Positions 52,643 to 61,644 of a DNA stretch of 64,000 nt are shown piece after piece. Under the pieces are notes generated by a model. It was not told where the DNA came from, did not search any database, and saw nothing but the letters and a program-made list of their open reading frames with translations. Within the stretch, counting starts at the first letter, position 1. The number at the start of each line of letters is the position of its first letter. The translations under genes were made by a program, and so were the position numbers. The stretch spans positions 8,434-72,433 of the forward strand of contig VGXC01000012.1 in assembly GCA_016873495.1 (NCBI GenBank), in the 5' to 3' direction. This DNA comes from Nitrospira sp. GTDB lineage: Bacteria > Nitrospirota > Nitrospiria > Nitrospirales > Nitrospiraceae.

Positions 52643-53974
52643 TTACGGCCGATCGAGAGGTTGAACCGGAGCCGGAGATTGGACCGATGCCAGCTCGTCG
52701 TAGAGTCCCATCCGGTCCCGCACTTGTCTGAGGTAGAGCCCGGTGTCCTCCGGAGCCCGCTGCGCCAGGAGGGTGAGCACTTGCGTGTCGGTCAGGTCCT
52801 GGACCCGCACTTGCTTGAGGACCTTGTTCTGGACGTTGGCCGGGCCCCATTTGTAGGCGCAGATCATCAGGGAGGTTTGCTTGTCGCCGGCCTCCAATCC
52901 CCCGACGAGCTGCTTCCGCAACAGGCGCAAATAGGCGGCGCCCAGCTCGACGTTGTGGGCCGGGTCCAGGAGGTATTCATCGTCCAGCACCCGGTCTTCT
53001 TTGTAGAGAAAATTGTAGGCGTCCCGCGCCGCCGCCCGGGGCACCAACTGCATCAACCCGTAGGTCGGCGAGGGGGATTGGGCCCGGGGGTTGAAAAACG
53101 ATTCCGTATGGATCACCGCATAGAGCAAGCGCGGATCGAGCCCGTGCTGCTTCGCGTACAGCGGCACCACGTCCTGATATTGCAAGGCGCGCTGCGTGAT
53201 ATGGTCGGGCGTCATCGCGATCTTGGCCGTGACCTTCACGCGCGCAACCCCATCCCGCGATTCCACCGGCTTCTGCTCGACCACCGCGGCGGGCAGAACC
53301 TCATCCTGCACGAAAGCCTTGACGGTCTGCCGATCCACCGGTTTCCCCTCGCGACTCACGACTTGACCGGCCAGCGCCGTCCGGCCCGGCGCGGCTTCCT
53401 GGTCGAAGACCCGCTCGAGCTGATGGAGGAGCCGGCTCCAGGACCCGGGCAGGGCGATCAGGCGCAACTGCGCCTGGTCCGGAAGCGGCGCCAGCAAGGC
53501 CGGCACCGCCCGCAACCCATTCAGCGTCAGGCCGACCCTGGTCAGGGACAAAAACCAGGCTGGCTGCATGGCGCTGACTTCGGCCAGGGGCACCAACGCC
53601 GCGACCTCGACCGTCCCTTGCTCGAAATCCACGATGCTCCTGGTCTCATGGGTCTGGGAATAGTCAACCCAGTCCTTCGGGGTGGACCGCAACGCCCGGT
53701 CCCACTTCTGTTCGATGGCCTGTTTGGTCCGGTCCCAGCGAGCCTCGATCTCCCGCTCTCGCTGCTTCCACTGGGATTCCATGGCCTGCCGCTTGCCCCG
53801 ATACTCCTCGTGAAGGCTGCGGAGCGCATCCTCTCCCTGCTGCTGCCGCTCTTGAAACCGCCGGTCGATCTCTTGAAACGGGTCGGCGGCCAGGGCGGGA
53901 CCGGGAGTCACGCCCCCAGCTGCGATCCCCATGACGACACCGACCGCCAGCATCCTCCGCCCTATCCGCTTCAT
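52643..53974 (-). CDS. lytic murein transglycosylase (MltC-like, SLT domain)
   Basis: Start MKRIGRRMLAVGVVMGIAAGG. Catalytic region AVIHTESFFNP...YGLMQL. Confidence 0.85.
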   Translation of the reverse strand: MKRIGRRMLAVGVVMGIAAGGVTPGPALAADPFQEIDRRFQERQQQGEDALRSLHEEYRGKRQAMESQWKQREREIEARWDRTKQAIEQKWDRALRSTPKDWVDYSQTHETRSIVDFEQGTVEVAALVPLAEVSAMQPAWFLSLTRVGLTLNGLRAVPALLAPLPDQAQLRLIALPGSWSRLLHQLERVFDQEAAPGRTALAGQVVSREGKPVDRQTVKAFVQDEVLPAAVVEQKPVESRDGVARVKVTAKIAMTPDHITQRALQYQDVVPLYAKQHGLDPRLLYAVIHTESFFNPRAQSPSPTYGLMQLVPRAAARDAYNFLYKEDRVLDDEYLLDPAHNVELGAAYLRLLRKQLVGGLEAGDKQTSLMICAYKWGPANVQNKVLKQVRVQDLTDTQVLTLLAQRAPEDTGLYLRQVRDRMGLYDELASVQSPAPVQPLDRP

Positions 53975-54002
53975 CGCCGGCTCCTCGCGCAACGGGCCTC
54001 GA

Positions 54003-54650
54003 TTAAATTCCGAATTGCCGCTTCAACTTGTCGATCTCGGCCGGATCGTACTTTTTCCGAATTTCAAATTCTTTCTTGAGCGCCGACACTTGCTCGGACA
54101 ATTCGAGAAAATCCTTGATCCAGTGGCCGGGCACAAAGGCTTTGACATCGGTAGACTTGTAGATCGGACCGTAGGGCGTCGGCTCCTCGATCAGGTCGAT
54201 GGCCAGGAGCGTGGTGCCGGCGTCATTGCAGAAGGAGAGGAGCGTCGGCGCGCGAAGCCCCTTCGTCGCCCCTCCGTTGCCTCCGACCCCTCGGCTGAGG
54301 CGCAGCGTATAGCCATGCCGATTCTGATCGAAATGGAGGATCTCTTCTTCGCAAGCCTCGGGCTGGACCGTCCGGGAATCGTCGGTCGCATTTTGGAGCG
54401 TTTCCGCCGCAGGCGCATCGCCGGCGACCGCGGGCGCAATCTTATCCCAGCTGGGAGAACCCTGGACCTGCTCGTACATGTCCAACAGCCGCCGGCTCAG
54501 CTCCAAGCTGCGGGCCAGCGCTTTGCGTTGCTCCACTTGGGCATGGATGTTCCCGGTCATTTTTTTCAAGTCCTGTTCCAACCGGTGGAGCCGGTCGTCG
54601 AGTGCCCGACGAAGCGAGACCAGGTCGTGAAATTTCGGTTCGTCTTCCAT
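54003..54650 (-). CDS. hypothetical protein (coiled-coil N-terminus)
   Basis: Start MEDEPKFHDLVSL. 215 aa, no recognisable domain. Upstream of and co-directional with the transglycosylase. Confidence 0.55.
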   Translation of the reverse strand: MEDEPKFHDLVSLRRALDDRLHRLEQDLKKMTGNIHAQVEQRKALARSLELSRRLLDMYEQVQGSPSWDKIAPAVAGDAPAAETLQNATDDSRTVQPEACEEEILHFDQNRHGYTLRLSRGVGGNGGATKGLRAPTLLSFCNDAGTTLLAIDLIEEPTPYGPIYKSTDVKAFVPGHWIKDFLELSEQVSALKKEFEIRKKYDPAEIDKLKRQFGI

Positions 54651-54857
54651 GGGGTCCGTCGCAAAGGCGGCGCAGCCGTTCACGCTCCCGGGTCGGCCGC
54701 AACCGGGCTCCAGCTTAGCATTGAGGCGGGTGGCGTACAACTCCTCCGCAGGATTCCTCCGGTCCGCGGCGCCCACGCAGAAGTCGCGGTTGCGCCTTCA
54801 GCGGCAGCCGGGTACAGTACCCCCAATGCAGGGGACGGTCCGCAGAGGAGGGTGGGT

Positions 54858-55826
54858 ATGCAGTATCGGCGCCTGGGGAGAACGGGGTGGCAAATCTCCG
54901 AGGTCGGCTTCGGTGCCTGGGGCATCGGCGGCACCTTCTGGATCGGTGCCCAGGACCAGGAGTCCCTCTCGGCTCTCCACGCTTCCATCGACGCGGGGTT
55001 GAATTTCATCGACACGGCTTTGGTCTACGGCGACGGGCACAGCGAAGCTCTCGTGGGCCAGGTGGTCCGGTCCCGCAAGGAACGTCTCTATGTCGCCACC
55101 AAAGTCCCCCCGAAGAACCTTCATTGGCCAGCCTTGACCGGCGATACGGTGGAGACGACCTTCCCGCCGGCCCACATTATCGACTGTACCGAGCAGAGCC
55201 TGAAGAACCTCAAACTCGAATGCATCGATTTGCAGCAACTGCACGTCTGGCGCGACGAATGGATGGAAGACCAGCGCTGGCTGGAGGCCTTGCTCAAGCT
55301 CAAGAGCCAGGGAAAGATTCGGGCCATCGGCGTGTCCATCAACGATCATGAGCCGGACTCGGCGCTCCGCCTGGTCGCCAGCGGGCTGATCGACACCGTG
55401 CAGGTAATCTACAACATTTTCGACCAGTCCCCGAACCGTGCGCTGCTCCCTGCCTGCCTCAAGCACGACGTCGGCGTCCTGGCCCGCTGTCCCTTCGACG
55501 AGGGGGGCTTGACCGGCAAGATCACCCCCGAGACTCAGTTCCCCGCCGGCGACTGGCGCAACGACTACTTCAAGGGCGACCGCAAGGCGCAGGTCGCCGC
55601 GCGAGTCGAACCGCTCAAGAAGCTGCTCGGCCCCGAAGCGAAGACGCTGCCGGAACTGGCGCTCCGCTTTTGCCTGGCCCATCCGGCGGTGAGCACGGTC
55701 ATCCCCGGCATGCGCACCCAGGCCAACGTGCGCGCAAACTGTGCCTGGGCGGACGGGCGGCGCCTGAGCGACCAACTGGTGGCCTCGCTCAAGGCCCATG
55801 CCTGGAACAGGAATTTTTATGATTAA
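54858..55826 (+). CDS. aldo/keto reductase
   Basis: MQYRRLGRTGWQISEVGFGAWGIGG...IDTALVYGDGHSE. The ORF-track upstream extension to 53931 is antisense noise. Confidence 0.92.
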   Translation: MQYRRLGRTGWQISEVGFGAWGIGGTFWIGAQDQESLSALHASIDAGLNFIDTALVYGDGHSEALVGQVVRSRKERLYVATKVPPKNLHWPALTGDTVETTFPPAHIIDCTEQSLKNLKLECIDLQQLHVWRDEWMEDQRWLEALLKLKSQGKIRAIGVSINDHEPDSALRLVASGLIDTVQVIYNIFDQSPNRALLPACLKHDVGVLARCPFDEGGLTGKITPETQFPAGDWRNDYFKGDRKAQVAARVEPLKKLLGPEAKTLPELALRFCLAHPAVSTVIPGMRTQANVRANCAWADGRRLSDQLVASLKAHAWNRNFYD

Positions 55827-55847
55827 CGCGAACCGGATGAGGTGGCG

Positions 55848-56321
55848 ATGGGCAATCTGAAGGTCGGCGATCCAGCCCCGGACTTTACCGCAAGAACAGG
55901 CACCGGCGAGACCATCTCGCTCAAGTCCCTGCGCGGCAAACAAATCGTGCTCTACTTCTATCCGAAGGACGATACACCAGGCTGCACGATCGAAGCCTGC
56001 GGGTTTCGTGACGCGACAACCTCATTGGAACAGGCGGGGGCGGTGGTGCTGGGAATCAGCCGGGACGGGCAGGCTTCCCACCAAACGTTCAGCAAGAAAT
56101 TCAACCTGCCGTTCCGCCTGCTCTGCGACGAGGACGGAACGATCGAGCGGGCCTACGGAGCGCACTGGCCGATCCTGAGCTGCCTGCCGGTCATCGGCCG
56201 CTTGATCGGCTCCAAACGCAAGACATTCGTCATCGACGCAACCGGCCGCCTCAAAGCCATCTTCCCGAAGGTCGACGTGAAGACCCACGTGGATGAAGTC
56301 TTAGCAACCCTTTGTGACTGA
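55848..56321 (+). CDS. bcp: thioredoxin-dependent peroxiredoxin Bcp
   Basis: YFYPKDDTPGCT active site. GAGGTG SD before ATG 55848. Confidence 0.9.
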   Translation: MGNLKVGDPAPDFTARTGTGETISLKSLRGKQIVLYFYPKDDTPGCTIEACGFRDATTSLEQAGAVVLGISRDGQASHQTFSKKFNLPFRLLCDEDGTIERAYGAHWPILSCLPVIGRLIGSKRKTFVIDATGRLKAIFPKVDVKTHVDEVLATLCD

Positions 56322-56350
56322 ATACAATCCAGCCTGCTTTCTTCGCAGAG

Positions 56351-56947
56351 TTAGCCCTGACCATCAACGTAACCCTGAGCGATCCGTTTCACCTCTTCCG
56401 CAAATGATGGATCCTCCGAAAAGGAGGGAATCTCCATCAGTGCGATGAGCGCAAAGGCGTTTGCAAAGGTCAACACATCTTCTATATCTTCCGGTGATTA
56501 GTTCGGACCGATGTATTCAGGTGCATTTCGGCTCACTACTTGAGCATTACCACCATGAACATAGTTGCTCATCGGCTTCCAGGCCTTATCATAGAAGCTC
56601 TGTAGAGTGACCACGTAATCACCATCGCCCTTGGGCCTGAGGCGTCTAATGACTGAAACTGGTTTGATCGTAAGACGGTCCTGCTCGAGCCGTTCAAGTT
56701 CACTCTCAGTTGCTAGATATGTTGCCCACAGTCCAGTGATTCACCCGTCAAACATAGGGCGAAGCAATGAGAACGCCGAGCCAACAAATCAGCGCTCGAC
56801 AAGAAGAATGATGGAACGATGGCGCTCAAGAACCGCGTCGAAGCTTCCCCCGGCAATGCTCCTTCGTAGGGAAGTAGGGGCGCTTCGGCCATATATGACC
56901 GTATAGATTTTGCGCGAAAACGATTGGGATCGGTGAAGAATGTCCAT
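56351..56947 (-). pseudogene. 198-codon low-GC reading frame interrupted by three in-frame stops (TGA, TGA, TAA) and no frameshift; product unknown
   Basis: Manual codon-by-codon translation gives MDILHRSQSFSRKIYTVIYGRSAPTSLRRSIAGGSFDAVLERHRSIILLVER*FVGSAFSLLRPMFDG*ITGLWATYLATESELERLEQDRLTIKPVSVIRRLRPKGDGDYVVTLQSFYDKAWKPMSNYVHGGNAQVVSRNAPEYIGPN*SPEDIEDVLTFANAFALIALMEIPSFSEDPSFAEEVKRIAQGYVDGQG*. In-frame stops are at 56789-56791, 56741-56743 and 56498-56500. Confidence 0.6.
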
Positions 56948-56994
56948 AACAAGAAAGAGAGACTACCTATGAGTAGATGACATTTCCAAGCCTC

Positions 56995-57166
56995 ACAGGC
57001 TGTTCAAAAATGGCTTGTCACACCCGGCCCACCCCGCGCGCGCCTAGACGCGCGCATTTCCCGTGGCGAGGCCGCAGGGCGTGAGGACCCCGAGGCGTAC
57101 TGGAGAAGTACGTTGAGGGGTTCGAGCGCCCGAGAACAAAGTTGGGGATTTTTAGGACAGCCTGTC
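56995..57166. repeat. MITE/REP-like intergenic repeat, copy B (long form)
   Basis: Terminal inverted repeats ACAGGCTGTTCAAAAAT / ATTTTTAGGACAGCCTGT. GC hairpin GCGCGCGCC-tagA-CGCGCGC. Core CGAGGCGTACTGGAGAAGTACGTTGAGGGG shared with copies A and C. Confidence 0.8.
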
Positions 57167-58031
57167 AGCGGCCAATTTCGGCTAAGGGTTCCTTCGTCAC
57201 ATGAATCGCGCCGCGCGGGTTGGCGTCCAACTGATTGGCCGCAGCCAGTTCTTCCCTCGGCGGCGACGTCGTACATTCCGGCGTGGTGACCAGGCCCCAA
57301 TGCTGGTTGTCTCGGCAGACGTTGCTCAGGACCATGGCTTCGGCATTGTGGAAGAGCAGAATGCCGCTGAGCATGTTGTCCCGGCAGACATTGCGGATGA
57401 GGTCCGGATGCGTCCCCTCGTCCCGGACGGCGAGTCCGAAATGGTGGTTGGCGAAACAGTGGTTTTGGGCGAGGTAGGGGCGGGCGCCGGCGAACGAAAA
57501 GATGCCGGACTCGCGGTTGTGGCACACTTCGTTGTCGATCAAGGTGGGCCGGCAGTCCGGCCCATAGATGACCACGCCGGACAAGATGCCTTCCGTCGCG
57601 CGGCAGCCGGCGATCGTGCAGGTGCTGTCCAGAATATTCATCGCGGAATTCTGGTCGCTGCCGACGTAGCGGAAGGTGATCCCGCTGATGCGACCGCTGG
57701 GCACCCGCTGCAGATAGAGCGGGCCGCCACGCCGGCTGAAGATCTGCACGACGTCGCGCCCGGCCCCGATCAGCAGGATCGGCCGCTCCGACACGAAGAG
57801 CTTGTCCTCATATCGTCCCGGCCTGATAAAAACCTGATCCTCCGGGCCTGCCTCTTTGACCGCCGCGCTGGGACGTGGATAAGCCTCGGGATCGGCCGCG
57901 TCCACGATGAGCGTCCGGCCGCCATTCGGGTTCGGCGGCGGCTCTTGCAGAATGGGCTGGACATAAGGTTGCTGGTCCGGGGAGCCGGAGCCAGACGCTT
58001 TCGCGGACTCACCTGACGATCCATTCGCCAT
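57165..58031 (-). CDS. right-handed parallel beta-helix (PbH1/NosD-like) repeat protein
   Basis: Repeats of about 22 aa with N..C..N...G(I/L) periodicity (NEVCHNRESGIFSF, NHCFANHHFGLAV, NVCRDNMLSGILLF, NVCRDNQHWGLV). No signal peptide. Confidence 0.8.
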   Translation of the reverse strand: MANGSSGESAKASGSGSPDQQPYVQPILQEPPPNPNGGRTLIVDAADPEAYPRPSAAVKEAGPEDQVFIRPGRYEDKLFVSERPILLIGAGRDVVQIFSRRGGPLYLQRVPSGRISGITFRYVGSDQNSAMNILDSTCTIAGCRATEGILSGVVIYGPDCRPTLIDNEVCHNRESGIFSFAGARPYLAQNHCFANHHFGLAVRDEGTHPDLIRNVCRDNMLSGILLFHNAEAMVLSNVCRDNQHWGLVTTPECTTSPPREELAAANQLDANPRGAIHVTKEPLAEIGR

Positions 58032-58062
58032 ACTCTGGCCTCAAGCCGGGCCATTCCGGCTA

Positions 58063-58608
58063 TTACTCGGAAGGAATGCGACGGGCTACGACGCCGACTT
58101 GCAGTTGATACTGTCCCCGGCGGCGATCCTCCACGTATCTGGCCAGCGCTTCATGAATGACCGGGAAGGCGAGGCGATCCCAGGGCATCTTGTCCCAGGG
58201 AAACAGCTGCACCTCCAGGCTTTCCGTGCCGGCGCCGAAGTCCAGGTTGCGGAGCGTTCCCCGGAATACCACATAGACCTGGCTCACATGGGGCAGGCTG
58301 AGCAGAGCATAGAGCGAGGCGATCTCCACGGAGGCCTTGGCTTCTTCGAGGGTCTCGCGGGCCGCGGCCTGAGCCGTGTCCTCGCCGGCCTCCATGAATC
58401 CGGCGGGAAAGGTCCAGAAGCCAGTGCGCGGCTCGATGGCCCGACGGCAGAGGAGAATCTGATCTTCCCATTCGGGAATGCAGCCGGCGACGATCTTGGG
58501 ATTCTGGTAGTGGATCGTCTGGCAGGCCTCGCACACATGGCGGGGCAGGTTGTCCCCCGGAGGCACCTTGAGCACGACAGGACGGCCGCAGTGGCTGCAA
58601 TAGTTCAT
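58063..58608 (-). CDS. NUDIX hydrolase with N-terminal zinc ribbon
   Basis: CSHC...CEAC ribbon. NUDIX box GFMEAGEDTAQAAARETLEEA. Confidence 0.9.
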   Translation of the reverse strand: MNYCSHCGRPVVLKVPPGDNLPRHVCEACQTIHYQNPKIVAGCIPEWEDQILLCRRAIEPRTGFWTFPAGFMEAGEDTAQAAARETLEEAKASVEIASLYALLSLPHVSQVYVVFRGTLRNLDFGAGTESLEVQLFPWDKMPWDRLAFPVIHEALARYVEDRRRGQYQLQVGVVARRIPSE

Positions 58609-59405
58609 GGCCGACTCACATCCGATCCGCCGCCATGGTCCAAGAACTCCTGCAAGGCCTTGGGCGAAGGCTTCGCGAACGTGGCCGCCCGGCTGACTGT
58701 CGTGCCGTTGAGTCGGCGGAGGGTCACCGCCAGCTCGGCCATCTTGACCAGCACGGCCAGGCCGTTCAACACCACCGCGTGGCCGACGGTGAACTGCGCG
58801 ACGCGGGAAAAGAGGAGCATCGGCAGGCCCCCGGCCGGGATGATCACTTCCACGCCGCTGTCCGCCAGCGGCTGGGCCTGTTCGCGGAACTGCCGGAGGA
58901 TGCGCTCGAACGCCCCTGAGTCCGTAAAGGCCCGGTTGAGTTCCTCCGGATCGGTCGTCAGGGCCTTGACCGCCACCACCCGCTCCGTCAGCCCATAGCG
59001 GGCGATCTGCTCTTCGTGAAAGGGGATGAAGACCGGATTGATGGTCACCAGGGCGATTTTTCGTCCCAGTGTACAGGCATAGAGCATGGCGGTTTCGCCC
59101 AGACCCAAGACCGGGACATCCACCGTCGCCCTGGCTTCGTAGAGCCCCCCGTCCTGGAAATGTCCGATGACGAAGGCGTCGTAGCCCTGTTGTTGCGCCG
59201 TGACGGCGTTGCGCAACACCTGCGCGGCGCAGCGAAATTCCGTGATGCGATGCAGCTCGAGATCGGGCGGCGTGATCCCGTGAATCTCATAGATGACCTC
59301 CGGATCGGCGCAGGCCGTCAGCGCGCTCTGCAAGTCGCGGATATACCCGGTCTGCTGGTCGGGGTCGACGAAGCTCTGATACCATATTTTCATCGGACGG
59401 CGCAT
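58605..59405 (-). CDS. Asp/Glu/hydantoin racemase family protein
   Basis: 266 aa, YDAFVIGHFQD...VPVLGLGETAM...IIPAGG. GGAG SD 5 nt before ATG 59405. Confidence 0.75.
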   Translation of the reverse strand: MRRPMKIWYQSFVDPDQQTGYIRDLQSALTACADPEVIYEIHGITPPDLELHRITEFRCAAQVLRNAVTAQQQGYDAFVIGHFQDGGLYEARATVDVPVLGLGETAMLYACTLGRKIALVTINPVFIPFHEEQIARYGLTERVVAVKALTTDPEELNRAFTDSGAFERILRQFREQAQPLADSGVEVIIPAGGLPMLLFSRVAQFTVGHAVVLNGLAVLVKMAELAVTLRRLNGTTVSRAATFAKPSPKALQEFLDHGGGSDVSRP

Positions 59406-59604
59406 TGCAGCTCCGCGTCCTGAGTCCCGGGAGGCAGGAATCGGTCACCGGGGACCGGTTGCCCCCTCCGAGACTGTGTACCACAAACAGCCGCCGCCGG
59501 TCACGGCTCCCGCCCGATTCAAGTTTCCCGGCGATCCGACCGCTATACGTCCATATCTATCCACGTCACTTGGGCATTCGAGTTCGGCGAGGGGGCGCCT
59601 GCGC

Positions 59605-60279
59605 ATGAATGCATTTGTTTCGCATCTCAGAGCCCATCAAGCCCAGGAACGGCCGGCTGCCCACCGGGACACCCCGCTGGCGGAGGCCCAGATGTGGCAC
59701 AATCGCCGGGTATATCCGCGTATAGCCGTCTCCTTTCCCGTCGAGTTTGGGGTCCTCCCCTGGTTCAGACACTGGCTGTTGCGTCCGACCTATAAGACGG
59801 TCCGCAGCATCGATCGCAACCCAACCGGCAGCCTGGCCCTACCGGACCCTGAGCCCTGGGCCCATCCCTATCTGGCCGTGGCCCGCTACCTGGGCGAGCT
59901 GCTGTTCATCAACGGAACCCGCTGCTGGAAGGACGTAGGAAAAATTGCCTTCGCCAACGGGCTGGACCTCAGCCAGAGCGGTCTTCGCATGGCCACTGCC
60001 TATCCGCTCTGGTTGGGCGCATCGCTCCATTTGCGCGTGCCGGCCAGCGAGCTGACCCCCTTCGGATACACCATCCTGGGCAAGGTGATGCGCATCATAC
60101 GAATGGATCGCTACGAGGTGGAGGTTGGCGTGGCCTTTACCGGAGTCCACCCATCGGACAGTCATGAACTCCCCCGGTTCCTCCTGACCCCACAGCCGAA
60201 ACTGGCCACCCTGCGACAGCAGGGACGCCGTACCCCCCAGCCCCAGGTCGACGAGCCGGCTGGAATCGCAGCGCCCTGA
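59605..60279 (+). CDS. PilZ-like protein with a large insertion between the c-di-GMP binding motifs
   Basis: RRVYPR (RxxxR) and DLSQSG (DxSxxG) are separated by about 130 aa instead of about 20-30. The start at ATG 59605 is assumed. Confidence 0.5.
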   Translation: MNAFVSHLRAHQAQERPAAHRDTPLAEAQMWHNRRVYPRIAVSFPVEFGVLPWFRHWLLRPTYKTVRSIDRNPTGSLALPDPEPWAHPYLAVARYLGELLFINGTRCWKDVGKIAFANGLDLSQSGLRMATAYPLWLGASLHLRVPASELTPFGYTILGKVMRIIRMDRYEVEVGVAFTGVHPSDSHELPRFLLTPQPKLATLRQQGRRTPQPQVDEPAGIAAP

Positions 60280-60420
60280 GCCTGCCATAGGTGCCCGCAG
60301 GGTGTCCGTTGCGGCAGAGGTGTCAAGATCGGGACGCCTCACTATGCTGCTGCATTCGCCCGCCAGGCGAGAATCGGCTCCAATCTTGCCTTCTGGCGCC
60401 GGCGGACATACACTCGCCCC

Positions 60421-61566
60421 ATGCGACTCCTCTTCATCCTGGCTCTGGGCTTGGCCCTCCAGAGCTGTCAGACAGCCCCGGAGCCGGTCGACACACCGGC
60501 GACACGCGCCGCCAAGGCCGCGGTCCTCGCAGCAGCTGCCAAGGACGCCTACGAGCATCGGGAGTTCACCCAGGCGATCGAGCAGGCCAGGCACGGGCTC
60601 CAGTTGGACGCAACCTCCTTGGACTCCTGGTATTGGCTGGGGATGGCCCTGTTCGCCAGCAATCAGGACGACGAAGCGTTCACCACCAGCAAACGGTTTG
60701 TCGAGCTTGGGGCCGCCCGTCCCGACCGGGAAGGCCAACTGGCGCAAGCTTATGACAGACTGGGATGGATCAGCTTTCGGAAAGGCCGCATGGACGACGC
60801 GGCCAAATATTTTTCCCTGGCGATCGAACGGGCCCCGACCCTCGCGCATGCCCTGGACGGGCGAGGGCAGATCGCATACTTCAAGAAGGACTATCCAGCG
60901 GCCATCCGGGACTTCTCCAAGGCATTGGGATTGGGGTCCACGGCGCACCAAATTGCGGTGGAATCCCGGGGACTGGCCTACTATTGGATGGGAAACTTTG
61001 CCAAGGCGTTACCGGATCTGAAGGCCGCGTTCGAATCCACCGGAGCGGATCGGAGGACCGATCGGAAAGATTTGTTGCGGGCCAGAGCCTTCTGTCACCT
61101 AGCACTGGGGGAACAGGAGACGGCCACGAATCTCTTTGCCCGCAGCCAGGACTTCAGCGAGGAAGAACGCCGCTACAACTTCGCCGTGATGACCTATCTC
61201 ACGGGAGACAAGGAACTGGCTCTTCGCCAGGCTGGTAAGCGCACCGGCATCGGGCTCAAAGAAGCCAAGCTCAACGCCGCCACCATCGCCCGCGTGGACA
61301 AGGTGGCGCCGGGAAGCCCTGCCGAGAAGGCCGGCGTCCAGGTCGGGGACGAGATCACGATGGCCAACGGAGTCCCGGTCTCGAACCTCGAGCAGTATCG
61401 TGAGGTGATGCGCTCCATTCCCCCTGACACCAAGTTTACGCTCAGTATCGTTCGGAACGGGGCCAAACGGGAGCTCAGCCTGACGATGGGCGACGCCGAA
61501 TACGTCATCAAGTCGGACCCCTACCTGGCCCCGCTCCTGGCCAAGCCGTTACGATCTAAAAATTAA
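60421..61566 (+). CDS. TPR-repeat / PDZ-domain lipoprotein
   Basis: MRLLFILALGLALQSC lipobox, several TPR units, and a C-terminal PDZ (VAPGSPAEKAGVQVGDEITMANG). Confidence 0.8.
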   Translation: MRLLFILALGLALQSCQTAPEPVDTPATRAAKAAVLAAAAKDAYEHREFTQAIEQARHGLQLDATSLDSWYWLGMALFASNQDDEAFTTSKRFVELGAARPDREGQLAQAYDRLGWISFRKGRMDDAAKYFSLAIERAPTLAHALDGRGQIAYFKKDYPAAIRDFSKALGLGSTAHQIAVESRGLAYYWMGNFAKALPDLKAAFESTGADRRTDRKDLLRARAFCHLALGEQETATNLFARSQDFSEEERRYNFAVMTYLTGDKELALRQAGKRTGIGLKEAKLNAATIARVDKVAPGSPAEKAGVQVGDEITMANGVPVSNLEQYREVMRSIPPDTKFTLSIVRNGAKRELSLTMGDAEYVIKSDPYLAPLLAKPLRSKN

Positions 61567-61644
61567 CCGACGTGATCCCCCGTCCGTTCTTCTTCAGAAA
61601 ACATCGTCCCGTTCCGACAAAGACAAGAAGGAGAAAGCAGACCT

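Noticed and set aside
56351-56947. Stop-codon reassignment or programmed read-through as an explanation for the three in-frame stops.
   Set aside because: TGA and TAA are used as genuine terminators by neighbouring conserved genes (queE, nagZ, pheS, pheT and others). Two different stop codons are involved. A pseudogene or sequencing error is more parsimonious.
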